Shown: in pieces, positions 17,765 through 29,429 of the stretch | How positions within the stretch are numbered: the first letter of the stretch is position 1 | Layout of the letters: every line of letters begins with the position of its first letter | Origin: Candidatus Saccharimonadota bacterium | Lineage (GTDB): Bacteria; Patescibacteriota; Saccharimonadia; Saccharimonadales; Saccharimonadaceae | Length of the DNA stretch: 64,000 nucleotides | Direction: 5' to 3' | Assembly (NCBI GenBank): GCA_017510075.1 | Contig: JAFWNY010000011.1 | Span: forward strand, 4,573 to 68,572 | Program-made: the position numbers and the translations under genes | Notes under the pieces: generated by a model | The model's database searches: none | Seen by the model: the letters and a program-made list of their open reading frames with translations, nothing else | What the model was told of the DNA's origin: nothing

Positions 17765-18773
17765 GAAAACGCAGCGCGGTGAATCACGTCGTCAGAAATT
17801 GTTGGGGTTTTTGAAAAGTAGAAAAAAGATAGGCCCGCACAAGTCTTTTCGACGGTCGTATCGGGAAGATTATGAGCGAGAACTTGAAGTGCCAGGAATT
17901 ATGTATCATGTAATGGCGAGCTTCCGGGAGATTTTTAGAAATTGGAAATTGTTTTTGCCGCTTTTAATTATTGCAGTAGTGTTAAATGCGGTATTTGTGG
18001 GGATTATGGATGAGGCAAGTTATACGCAGTTTCAGGATATTATGGATGTGACAAGTGAGGAGGTGACAGGTGGGGAGATTGGTGGTGTGGCAAAGGCGGG
18101 GCTACTTTTGATATCGACGGTGACAACTGGGGGGCTGTCGGGTGAGTCAAGTGAGGCGGCAGTGGTGTTCGGGGTGCTGATTTTCTTGATTTTGTGGCTA
18201 GTGACGATATTCTTGTTAAGGCATAGGCTAGCTGATCATGAAATAAAACTAAGAGACGGATTGTATAATGCAATGGCGCCACTGATATCGACGTTTTTGG
18301 TGTTTGTGGTGGCGGTGATACAATGCGTACCGATCTTCTTTTTGATAATTGCATATTCAGCGGCGGTGCAGACGGATTTTTTGGCGACTCCGTTTTATGC
18401 TTTGGTGTTCTTTGTCTTTGCGGCATTGATGATATTGCTTTCGGGGTACTTGCTGTCGGGCACATTGATGGCGCTAGTGGCAGTGAGTGCACCAGGGCTG
18501 TATCCGATGAAGGCGCTTGGCACGGCTTCGGAGCTAATGATGGGGCAACGCGTGAAGTTTCTGTTTAGGCTGGTGGCTTTAATTCTTGTGGTAGTATTGA
18601 TGTGGGTGGTGGTGATGCTGCCATTGATATTGTTTGATTTATTTATGAAACAATTTGAATGGACGGCGGGCATACCTTTTGTGCCGGTCTGCTTGACAGT
18701 AATGACGTGTTTTACTTGTATTTATGTGGCGATATATTTGTATTTATATTATAGATGGATGCTGAAAGCGTGA
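17745..18773 (+). CDS. Hypothetical multi-pass membrane protein
   Basis: 342-aa ORF with about 6 hydrophobic segments, overlaps the htpX end. Confidence 0.8.
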   Translation: MAKKRSEKTQRGESRRQKLLGFLKSRKKIGPHKSFRRSYREDYERELEVPGIMYHVMASFREIFRNWKLFLPLLIIAVVLNAVFVGIMDEASYTQFQDIMDVTSEEVTGGEIGGVAKAGLLLISTVTTGGLSGESSEAAVVFGVLIFLILWLVTIFLLRHRLADHEIKLRDGLYNAMAPLISTFLVFVVAVIQCVPIFFLIIAYSAAVQTDFLATPFYALVFFVFAALMILLSGYLLSGTLMALVAVSAPGLYPMKALGTASELMMGQRVKFLFRLVALILVVVLMWVVVMLPLILFDLFMKQFEWTAGIPFVPVCLTVMTCFTCIYVAIYLYLYYRWMLKA

Positions 18774-20900
<2,127 letters not shown>

Positions 20901-20987
20901 TGCAGAAAAAGAAGGCCACCCTTATGGATACAAGGGTGGTTCAAACGCTAAGATCATGTAGTGATATCATTATGTGGTTGCACAAAG

Positions 20988-21006
20988 TGGTGACCTCACC
21001 GAGAGT
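20988..21006 (-). repeat. 19-bp duplicate of the tRNA-Glu 3' end (att-like scar)
   Basis: TGGTGACCTCACCGAGAGT identical to 21067-21085. Confidence 0.85.
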
Positions 21007-21066
21007 AACATAGTTTCTCTCTTGTCGGCCACCAATAAAAACAAGCTGCAAGCAGCTTCCTTTTAT

Positions 21067-21141
21067 TGGTGACCTCACCGAGAGTCGAACTCGGATTGAC
21101 GGGATGAAAACCCGTTGTACTAACCGTTATACTATGAGGCC
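21067..21141 (-). tRNA. tRNA-Glu(TTC)
   Basis: ACGGG-TTTTCAT-CCCGT anticodon arm, CCA end. Confidence 0.95.
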
Positions 21142-21188
21142 GTACGTATATTATAGCAAAAATTGATAGAATGCGCAAGTGGAGTAAC

Positions 21189-21266
21189 TTATTCCCATAC
21201 GGGAAGGTCTTCCGTCCCGATTGTACGGATGACTTCATCTAGATATTTTCTCTTAATTCTTGCCAT
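21189..21266 (-). CDS. Candidate 25-aa ORF ending in a copy of the PcrA C-terminus
   Basis: MARIKRKYLDEVIRTIGTEDLPVWE*, preceded by AAAGGA RBS. Confidence 0.4.
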   Translation of the reverse strand: MARIKRKYLDEVIRTIGTEDLPVWE

Positions 21267-21500
21267 AATTTATCCTTTTCTCTAGCATATTACGTATTAC
21301 ACGAAAATACAATTTTTGCAAAAGTGTGTAATGCAATGATTATATAGTAACGATATGTCCGTGGGCCGATTGTGATTTCGGTGTTTTTGGTGGGTTTGTG
21401 AATATGAATTTGGGGTTTATAGCCTTGACAATTGTGCCATTTTCATGTATGATATATAGTGTTGGTGAAATATAGTGCACTTTAAGAAGGGAGTGGTCAA

Positions 21501-21890
21501 ATGAAGTATCGATTGAATAACTGGTATTTTGACGTGTCGGGCGATAGCAGTATGGATTTTGGTGCATATAAGGCTTTTATGCAAAGCTTTCGGACTTTTA
21601 TTAACTGTCCAGCTGACGGAATGAGCGTATCGAATTCATGTAGCCTTGTGCTAGTCGGTGATGTGCTCTATGGCGGCAAAACGTCCATTAACGGAATCTC
21701 CTTAATTACTAAAGTCTCCGTCGAAGCCGATAACGACAACATTTCTAATGGCTTTGACGATAAGCTCACCGTCCTGACCAGTTCTGGAGACGTATACCAT
21801 CTCTTTATGGCCGATATGAATGCAAAATTCTACCGAGAATTTATTCGTGGTGAAAAAGTCATCCATCTGGGCTACGCGGTATCACTCTAA
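21501..21890 (+). CDS. Hypothetical protein
   Basis: RBS AAGGGAG, upstream TTGACA, terminator after the stop. Confidence 0.7.
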   Translation: MKYRLNNWYFDVSGDSSMDFGAYKAFMQSFRTFINCPADGMSVSNSCSLVLVGDVLYGGKTSINGISLITKVSVEADNDNISNGFDDKLTVLTSSGDVYHLFMADMNAKFYREFIRGEKVIHLGYAVSL

Positions 21891-21902
21891 TTTCACCCTT
21901 TT

Positions 21903-22030
21903 CGCCCCCGCCGCTTGGCGGGGGTTTTTTTATAAAAAGCCCCCTAACTGGTTGTTAGGGGGTGCGAGAGATTATTATAGTTATGATTTTATTGCATTTA
22001 ATAGCCCCCTCCGTGGAGAGGGGGCTGTTG
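21903..22030. terminator. Three GC-rich terminator-like hairpins between convergent genes
   Basis: CCCCGCC/GGCGGGG then T-run; CCCCTAAC/GTTAGGGG; AGCCCCCTC/GAGGGGGCT. Confidence 0.7.
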
Positions 22031-22031
22031 C

Positions 22032-22421
22032 TTAGATATCGCGGCTGTAGAGTAGTTCGTTGTATGTCTCTTCAGAGATTTCCTCGCACGACTCATCACC
22101 GTTGCCACAGTAATACCTGATACCGACACGGTAAGCGTAAACAATGCTTGAATCTTCCTCATCTAGGCTCGCTGCGACGTCTTCGGCCGCTAGAGTGCGC
22201 CGCACCCAACCGCCGTTTGTGTCGATGTCGTCCTCGTCGAGAACGACTTCTCCGAGTTCTTCTAGCTCGTTGAAGAGTTTGGCTGTCAATCTGTTGATGC
22301 AGCCATGCAACTCTGGTTCAATTGCTGTAGAAAATTGCAACACCTGTCCGATGTTGTCCTCGTGCAGATCGTCGTAGATTTCATATGCAATGTATTCAGC
22401 TAAATCCTGAATTCTTGACAT
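22032..22421 (-). CDS. Hypothetical acidic protein
   Basis: AGGAGGAG RBS before ATG at 22421 (MSRIQDL...). Confidence 0.7.
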   Translation of the reverse strand: MSRIQDLAEYIAYEIYDDLHEDNIGQVLQFSTAIEPELHGCINRLTAKLFNELEELGEVVLDEDDIDTNGGWVRRTLAAEDVAASLDEEDSSIVYAYRVGIRYYCGNGDESCEEISEETYNELLYSRDI

Positions 22422-22550
22422 CGGAATCTCCTCCTTTTGTCGGTAATCTTGACTAAAAATGTACAGACCATGAAGGCCTTGTATGCGTATGATACCATAT
22501 ATACTGTGGATTGTCAATGTAGGGTATTGACTTTTTAATTTATGAGTGAC

Positions 22551-24584
22551 TTATTCCCATACGGGAAGTTCTTCCGGAAAGGGATCGAAGAGAGATGATT
22601 CGTCTATGTTGAAGTCATCATCGAAGCTATCTTGGAGCGAGAGTGATCCGGCGGTTTTTGAAGCGTTTTGGTATGGGTCGTAGCCGAGTTCGATGAGAAA
22701 ACGTGAGGGCATATTGTAGCTACGCGCGCCATATGAATAACGTGATGCAGCGTAAGTCAAGAATAGGTTGCGCATGGCGCGAGTCATACCGACGTAGGCG
22801 AGCCGGCGCTCCTCTTCTAAATCTGCTTGATTGTCAAGCGCACGGCTGCCTGGGAATAGCCCCTCCTCCATACCGACAATGAAGACTACGGGAAATTCGA
22901 GACCTTTGGCGGCGTGCATTGTCATTAGAGTGACGGAATTTTTGCTACTAGATTCGTCTGCTGAGGACATGAGGGTGGCATCAGCAAGGAAGTCCTCCAG
23001 CGACTCGTATTCATAGGCTTGTGTACTAAGGACTTCTAGGTTACGCATGCGTTCTTCGCCGCCTAATGTGCCATCGTTGGTGAGTGTTTGGAAATCGAAA
23101 TAGTTGATGGCGGTTTGGATGATTTCGCTTGGGTTATCACTAGAATTAACCTTTTTAAGGAAATTGGTGAGCCGCAACAGAGAGTTGCGAGCTTTAGCGG
23201 CGTTTATGACGGCGGGTAGATCGGGGTTATTTAAGACTTCTGCTTCGCTAATGGAGTCCATGGCGGAGAGGATTTTGCGTATGGAAACTTCGCCGATGCC
23301 GGATAGCACATTACTACAAACGCGGGTGAGGCTGATTTTGTCGCGTTGGTTAACGATGAGACGTAAAATAGCGAGCATGTCTTTGACTTCTTTGCGGTCG
23401 TAAAAACGAACTCCGCCGATGATTTTGTAGGGGATCTGTAGATCAATGAAGGCTTTTTCGAGAGGATATGATTGGGCGTTGGTGCGATAAAGCACTGCAA
23501 AATCAGAAAAATCAGGATAGCGATTTTGGAGACTGAGAATCTTGCGGGCGACGAAATTGGCCTCGGCGGCTTCGTCTTGTAAAGATTCGACTTCCACGGG
23601 GTCGCCATCGCCTAGCTCGGTAAATAGATCTTTGTCGGTGCGAGTCTCGTTGTAGTGGATGATTTTTTGAGAAGCGGCAAGGATGCAGCCTGTAGAGCGA
23701 TAATTCTGCTCTAGCTTGATGACTTTAGCGCCTGGAAAGTCGCGTTCGAAATTGAGGATGTTGGTGAAGTCTGCGCCACGCCACGAATAGATCGACTGCC
23801 AATCGTCGCCGACTACGCAAATGTTACGGGCGGAATTGACGAGAAGCTTGACGATATTGTACTGGACTTGGTTAGTGTCTTGATACTCATCGATCAAGAT
23901 GTGTTGGAACTTGTCTTGCCACTTTTGGCGGATTTCGGGGTGGGTCTTGAATAACTCTAGCTCTTTGAGAAGTAGATCGTCAAAATCTAGCGCGGCGGAT
24001 TTGGATTTCTCTTCTTCGTAGCGATGGAATATTTTGGCGATTTGTTTTTGATTGGGGTAGAAAGCGCGGGCTTCGTAATCTGCGGGGGTGTTGCCTTGGT
24101 TTTTTTCGCTTGAAATGATGGATTGGATGGTCTTGGGTTTGAGAGATTTGTCATTGGAGATATTGAGATCCTTGATGACGCGTCGGATGAGGGCAATTTG
24201 GTCGTCGACGTCGTAGATGACGAAATTGCGATCGAGGCCAAGGGCGGCGGATTCAATGCGAAGGATCTTGACGGCGATGCTGTGGAAAGTGCCCATATAG
24301 GGCATAAATGAACGTGGGGGTTGTTGGTCGTCTTGGGGCGTGCTGGGAGTATCATGTTGCAAGAGTTGCCAGAGGCGGTCGCGCATTTCTCTGGCGGCTT
24401 TGTTGGTAAAAGTGACGGCGAGAATACGATGTGGATCTATTCCATGAGAAATGAGGTTGGCGATTCGGTGGGTGAGGGTCTTGGTTTTGCCACTACCGGC
24501 CCCCGCCAGTATCAAAAGGGGACCACCCAGTGTATTGACGGCTTCGGCTTGTGCGGGGTTGAGCCCTTTTGATATTTTATCCAT
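22551..24584 (-). CDS. pcrA: UvrD/PcrA SF1 helicase
   Basis: AGAGSGKT, TFTNKAA, DEYQD, GDDWQSIY, QNYRS, HAAKGLEF, EERRLAYV; start moved to MDKIS. Confidence 0.95.
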   Translation of the reverse strand: MDKISKGLNPAQAEAVNTLGGPLLILAGAGSGKTKTLTHRIANLISHGIDPHRILAVTFTNKAAREMRDRLWQLLQHDTPSTPQDDQQPPRSFMPYMGTFHSIAVKILRIESAALGLDRNFVIYDVDDQIALIRRVIKDLNISNDKSLKPKTIQSIISSEKNQGNTPADYEARAFYPNQKQIAKIFHRYEEEKSKSAALDFDDLLLKELELFKTHPEIRQKWQDKFQHILIDEYQDTNQVQYNIVKLLVNSARNICVVGDDWQSIYSWRGADFTNILNFERDFPGAKVIKLEQNYRSTGCILAASQKIIHYNETRTDKDLFTELGDGDPVEVESLQDEAAEANFVARKILSLQNRYPDFSDFAVLYRTNAQSYPLEKAFIDLQIPYKIIGGVRFYDRKEVKDMLAILRLIVNQRDKISLTRVCSNVLSGIGEVSIRKILSAMDSISEAEVLNNPDLPAVINAAKARNSLLRLTNFLKKVNSSDNPSEIIQTAINYFDFQTLTNDGTLGGEERMRNLEVLSTQAYEYESLEDFLADATLMSSADESSSKNSVTLMTMHAAKGLEFPVVFIVGMEEGLFPGSRALDNQADLEEERRLAYVGMTRAMRNLFLTYAASRYSYGARSYNMPSRFLIELGYDPYQNASKTAGSLSLQDSFDDDFNIDESSLFDPFPEELPVWE

Positions 24585-24600
24585 GTTTATTATTATAGCA

Positions 24601-26151
24601 TTATATTCCGGTAAGTGGAGCGATATCGGCACCCAAATGGCGCAAACGTGCGGCGAAATCTTGATAACCGCGATTAATGGGGTAGACGTTGCGGAGGATG
24701 GATTTGCCTGGTGCAGCAAGCATGCCGATCAATACTACTACGGCTGGGCGGAGGGCTTGAGGTGCGACTAATTCGGCAGGGCGCCAGTTAGTCGGGCCTT
24801 CGATGTAAACTCGATGTGCGTCAAGTAGCTCGACTTTGACGTTGAGATTGGAAAGCTCGGTGATGTAGACTGCACGATTTTCAAAAACCCAGTCGTGGAT
24901 AAGCGTGCGCCCATGGGCTACGGCTGCAATGACTGAGAAAAATGGTAGATTGTCGATATTGAGGCCGGGGAAAGGCATTGGGTGGATCTTGTCGATCGGA
25001 GCGGTAAGGGGGGCTTTATGGATAATTAAATCTACGAGCCGCGTGCGACCATTGGCGGAGAAATACTCGGGGGATTTTGCGATGCGTGCACCCATTGATT
25101 TGAGGACTTCGAGCTCGATTTCGAGAAATTCGATAGGGGCTCTTAAAATTGTGATTTCGGACTTGGTGACTAGGCCGGCTGCAATAAATGACATGGCTTC
25201 GATGGGGTCTTCGGAGAGCTGGTAATCGACTTCGAGGTCGAAGCTGGGGCGCCCGCGTACGACGAGAGTAGTGGTGCCGATGCCTTGGATCTTGACGCCT
25301 AATTTCTCGAGGAAGAAACAAAGATCCTGCACCATGTAATTGGGAGATGCGCCTACAATGGTGGTTTTGCCAGGAGAGAGGGCAGCGGCCATGAGGACGT
25401 TTTCGGTGACGGTGTCGCCGCGCTCGGTGAGGACGATGTAACGGTCGAGATATTTGTGCAAGATTGATTGATCGACCTCGACCTCGTAGAAACCACTGTT
25501 GCACTCGGCGTCTACTTTGAGGCCGAAAGATTTGAGTGCTTGAAGGTGGGGCTCTACAGTACGAGTACCAAGCGAGCAGCCGCCAGCGTAAGGAATAGTA
25601 AATTTAGAATAGCGGTGCAGGAGCGGGCCAAGGAACATAATAATCGACCGAGTGCGACGGGCTGCTTCGATGTCCATCTGATCTAGCTTTAATTCGCGTG
25701 GTGATATAATTTCGAGGTCGCGGCGACGATTAGTCCAGCGGCATTTGACCCCGATAGACTCGAGAACTTCGATAATCCTGAAGACTTCCTCGATGCGGGC
25801 GATGCGGTGCAACACTGTCTTGCCGGTGTTGAGAAGGGCGGCGCAGAGTAGACCTACGGCGGCATTTTTGGAAGTGTTAATGGTGATTTCACCGTGTAAT
25901 TCCTTGCCGCCGCGAATGCGGAAACTCTGGCTGGCGGAGTCATTTATAGAGAGGATTTGGTTGCCGAGGGCTTCGGAGAGCTTTTTGATCATCTCGAGGG
26001 AGATGTTCTGACCACCTTTTTCGATGCGATGAATTGCGGACTGACTGGAGCCGACGGCTTTGGCTAGCTCTTCTTGGGTCCAGCCCTTTTCAATGCGCAT
26101 GGTCTCGACAGTCTCGCCGATTACTTGATGATAGGTCTTTGATTTTTTCAT
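24601..26151 (-). CDS. murA: UDP-N-acetylglucosamine 1-carboxyvinyltransferase with N-terminal XRE HTH
   Basis: WTQEELA..SQSAIHRIEKG; SKNAA, AGGCSLGTR, PFPG, INRGY. Confidence 0.93.
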   Translation of the reverse strand: MKKSKTYHQVIGETVETMRIEKGWTQEELAKAVGSSQSAIHRIEKGGQNISLEMIKKLSEALGNQILSINDSASQSFRIRGGKELHGEITINTSKNAAVGLLCAALLNTGKTVLHRIARIEEVFRIIEVLESIGVKCRWTNRRRDLEIISPRELKLDQMDIEAARRTRSIIMFLGPLLHRYSKFTIPYAGGCSLGTRTVEPHLQALKSFGLKVDAECNSGFYEVEVDQSILHKYLDRYIVLTERGDTVTENVLMAAALSPGKTTIVGASPNYMVQDLCFFLEKLGVKIQGIGTTTLVVRGRPSFDLEVDYQLSEDPIEAMSFIAAGLVTKSEITILRAPIEFLEIELEVLKSMGARIAKSPEYFSANGRTRLVDLIIHKAPLTAPIDKIHPMPFPGLNIDNLPFFSVIAAVAHGRTLIHDWVFENRAVYITELSNLNVKVELLDAHRVYIEGPTNWRPAELVAPQALRPAVVVLIGMLAAPGKSILRNVYPINRGYQDFAARLRHLGADIAPLTGI

Positions 26152-26213
26152 GTTTACATTATATCACAGGATGAATAAATGTAAAGGGCGAATTTTTGTG
26201 TTAAAATAGGGTT

Positions 26214-27269
26214 ATGAAGAGTATTAAGGATATTAATGTAAAAAATAAAAATGTATTGGTGCGGGTGGATTATAATGTACCGATAAAGGATGGTAAAGTA
26301 GAAAGTGATTTTAGGATTCGGGCGAGTTTGCCGACTTTGGAATATTTGAGAGAGCATGGGGCGAAGCGGATTATCCTAGTTTCACATTTGGGGAGGCCAG
26401 AAGGGCGTGATAAATCTTTGTCATTGAAGCCGGTAGCTGATGTATTAGCGACAATGCTGCCTAAAGTGCATTTTGTGGGGGATGTGTCGGGGCCAGATGT
26501 GGAGCAAGCAGCAAAAACCATGAAGAGCGGAGAGATATTGCTACTTGAGAACTTGAGGTTTTATGCTGGGGAAGAAAAAAATTCGGATGATTTTATTGAG
26601 GAAATTATTGATTCGACGGGTGCGGATATATATGTGCAGGATGGGTTTGCGGTGATTCATCGTGCGCATGCTTCGACGGATGCGGTAAAGAATCATCTGC
26701 CGGTGTACGCGGGGCTGCTACTTGAGAAGGAGGTTAGTAATCTTGAGGCAGTGCTAAAAAATCCTAAAAAACCAGTGCTTTTGATCATCGGCGGGGCGAA
26801 AGTGGAGGATAAACAGCCGCTGATTGACAAGTTCCTGCCTAAAGTAGACCATATTGTGGTAGGCGGAAAAATTGCGGCGGATGGATATGAATCGAAGGAC
26901 GAAAAGATCTATATAGCAGAAGATTTTGATAAAGATGCGGAAGGGAATAAATTGGATGTGGGGCCGATTGCTACCAGTAAAATAGCGGGGTACGTAACGG
27001 ATGCGGAGACGATTATCTGGAATGGGCTACTAGGGTATGCGGAAGATCCGGCCTATGCGACTGCCTCGACTATTACGGCGGAGATGATAGGTGAAAAACC
27101 AGAGGGCGCTAGGACGATTATTTGCGGTGGAGACACGACGGGATTTGTGGAACATTTGATGATGGATCATCAAAATTTGCATTACTCGCTAGTTTCTACT
27201 GGCGGTGGGGCGGCTCTAGAATTCTTGCTTGGCAAAGAATTGCCAGGATTGGAGGCTATACTTTCCTGA
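26214..27269 (+). CDS. pgk: Phosphoglycerate kinase (compact)
   Basis: RVDYNVP, SHLGRP, LLENLRF, HRAHAS, GGAKV, STGGGA. Confidence 0.95.
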   Translation: MKSIKDINVKNKNVLVRVDYNVPIKDGKVESDFRIRASLPTLEYLREHGAKRIILVSHLGRPEGRDKSLSLKPVADVLATMLPKVHFVGDVSGPDVEQAAKTMKSGEILLLENLRFYAGEEKNSDDFIEEIIDSTGADIYVQDGFAVIHRAHASTDAVKNHLPVYAGLLLEKEVSNLEAVLKNPKKPVLLIIGGAKVEDKQPLIDKFLPKVDHIVVGGKIAADGYESKDEKIYIAEDFDKDAEGNKLDVGPIATSKIAGYVTDAETIIWNGLLGYAEDPAYATASTITAEMIGEKPEGARTIICGGDTTGFVEHLMMDHQNLHYSLVSTGGGAALEFLLGKELPGLEAILS

Positions 27270-28692
27270 CCTTGATGGTGTCGGTGCCGGCAAGGTCATT
27301 GTCGCCGGATACAATTACCGTGAGGAGGTCTTTTTCGCCGGGCTTAGTGTGGAGGTAATTGGTGGATTTGAGCTCCTTGGCTAGATCGTACCCGAAATGC
27401 TCGGAGTATGGCCTTACGAAGGAAGCATTAGCGTAAATGAGTGCTAACTGATTGGCGACGCGTTCATTGGCGGTGACGGAGATGATCGGGACATTAGGGC
27501 GCTGGGCGGCCATGGTGGTGGCAGTGACTCCGGATGCGGTTTGGCAAATGATGACGTCGGCGTCGATCCTCTCGGCGAGCCTGGCGGCGGCGCTAGAGAT
27601 GGCATCGTAGACTTCGGACTTTTCGCCGACTGGTAATTTGGAAATGGGCGCAACGCGGGAATGGTTTTGGGTGTAGAGGATGATTTTTTTCATTGATCTG
27701 ACTGTCTCGAGTGGATAGTGGCCGTTAGCGGTCTCGTCGGAGAGCATGACGACGTCGGCGCCCTGGACGACGGCGGTGGCAACATCGGAAACTTCGGCGC
27801 GGGTAGGTTCGGGTGAATCTACCATTGAAGAAAGCATTTGGGTGGCGACGATGCAGAGCTTGGCGTGGGCACGGCACATGGCGATGAGTTTGCGCTGAAT
27901 GATGGGTACAACTTCGGCGCCAGCTTCGACTGCCATATCGCCGCGTGCGACCATGATGCCGTCGGCGGCCTTGACGATAGCTTCGAGATGCTCGTCGGAG
28001 GCGATGGCCTTTTTGGTCTCGATCTTGGCGATGACTTTGGCGGTAGAGCCAAGGGATAAAAGAAGTTGCTTGAGCTTGATGATGTCATCGGCGCTTTGGA
28101 CAAAGGAAAGAGAGACGTAATCGTAATCGCAATTGGCGCCGTATTCAATATCGGCGATGTCTTTAGGGGTGAGGATGTCGCCGCCAAAGTCGGTATCGGG
28201 GAGATTAAGGCCTTTTTTGGACATGATGAAGCCATCATTTAGAATACGGACTTTGATGGCGGTGTCGGAGATGATTTCAGTGACTTCGGACTTGACTTTG
28301 CCGTCGAACATGGAAAGGGGGTCGCCGATTTTGACTTTGGCGGCGAGGTTGTATTGGATTGGTACTGTGAGACTACCATCGTGCTCGTAGTCGCTGTGGG
28401 ATTCCAAAATTAACTCGTCGCCTTGATGGAGGTCGAGGCGGTTGTTTTCTAGCATGCCGAGGCGAATCTTGGGGCCTTGTAAATCTTGCAATATGGCTAC
28501 GGATTTGCCTTTCTTGCTGGCGGCGGCGCGAATCCATTTGATTTGCTGGTCGCGCTCTTCGTTGGAGCCGTGGGAACAGTTAAGACGGCAACCGTTAACG
28601 CCAGCCATGATGATGTCTTCGACCATTTGGGCGGAATTGGTGGCGGGGCCGATAGTTGCTAATATTTTAGTACGTTTGAATAATTTACTCAT
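27256..28692 (-). CDS. pyk: Pyruvate kinase
   Basis: TKILATIGPA, DLQGPKIR, AKIE, MVARGD, ATQML, PTRAEVSD. Confidence 0.97.
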   Translation of the reverse strand: MSKLFKRTKILATIGPATNSAQMVEDIIMAGVNGCRLNCSHGSNEERDQQIKWIRAAASKKGKSVAILQDLQGPKIRLGMLENNRLDLHQGDELILESHSDYEHDGSLTVPIQYNLAAKVKIGDPLSMFDGKVKSEVTEIISDTAIKVRILNDGFIMSKKGLNLPDTDFGGDILTPKDIADIEYGANCDYDYVSLSFVQSADDIIKLKQLLLSLGSTAKVIAKIETKKAIASDEHLEAIVKAADGIMVARGDMAVEAGAEVVPIIQRKLIAMCRAHAKLCIVATQMLSSMVDSPEPTRAEVSDVATAVVQGADVVMLSDETANGHYPLETVRSMKKIILYTQNHSRVAPISKLPVGEKSEVYDAISSAAARLAERIDADVIICQTASGVTATTMAAQRPNVPIISVTANERVANQLALIYANASFVRPYSEHFGYDLAKELKSTNYLHTKPGEKDLLTVIVSGDNDLAGTDTIKVRKV

Positions 28693-28736
28693 AATAATAT
28701 CTTACCATAAGTCTAAATATATGGTAAGATATTAAT

Positions 28737-29258
28737 ATGGTTTTGTTTAAAAATAAAAAAATTACATCTAGGACGCGTGCGGCAAGAAAGGCGGCGAATA
28801 GTGCTAGGCTGCATAAGCCGCGGGCTCGTGTTTTGACACTGAGACCGACTACGGCGACTGGGAAAATAATGCTGGGGGTGATTGCTATGGCTTTTATAGT
28901 GGTAGTGGTGGCGGTAGTTTGCGCTTTTCTATTTACGACCGAGCGCATGGTGAAAGCGCGGCTGGATGGAATAGCTAGAGATTATTATGAAAATTACTTT
29001 TATGAAAAAATGGTCTCGTCTGATAAGTATGCCGAGATTGATGATATGGATGCGGCGATGGCCAAATACGTGGAAACGGGATTTGCGAGAGTGGAACTAC
29101 GTCAGATGGTACTGGGTAACGCAAAAACTTCGGAAGGCGATGTGGACTATGTGTTAAGGCACTGCGACGAAAACACCACTGCTGTGGTGTTCTATCCGGA
29201 GCCGCCTTACGGGCGCGAGTCTTATCATATGGAATTTACGTATGATTGTGATTTCTGA
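28737..29258 (+). CDS. Hypothetical membrane-anchored protein
   Basis: Basic N-terminus, single TM, soluble domain with two Cys. Confidence 0.75.
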   Translation: MVLFKNKKITSRTRAARKAANSARLHKPRARVLTLRPTTATGKIMLGVIAMAFIVVVVAVVCAFLFTTERMVKARLDGIARDYYENYFYEKMVSSDKYAEIDDMDAAMAKYVETGFARVELRQMVLGNAKTSEGDVDYVLRHCDENTTAVVFYPEPPYGRESYHMEFTYDCDF

Positions 29259-29288
29259 TTGAGGGTATCATTACATGCTTACCTGGTA

Positions 29289-29364
29289 TGGTCTGGGTGA
29301 CAGGACTTGAACCTGCGACCTCGACGTCCCAAACGTCGCGCGCTACCAACTGTGCTACACCCAG
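29289..29364 (-). tRNA. tRNA-Pro(TGG)
   Basis: CGACG-TTTGGGA-CGTCG anticodon arm, CCA end. Confidence 0.95.
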
Positions 29365-29429
29365 GCGTAGTTTAATTATATCACATTTTGGAGGGTTTTG
29401 TGGTAAAATGGAAAAATAAGGAGATAAAA

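Noticed and set aside
26214-27269. Short pgk and pgi as pseudogenes
   Set aside because: Uninterrupted frames with catalytic motifs intact; more likely streamlined enzymes
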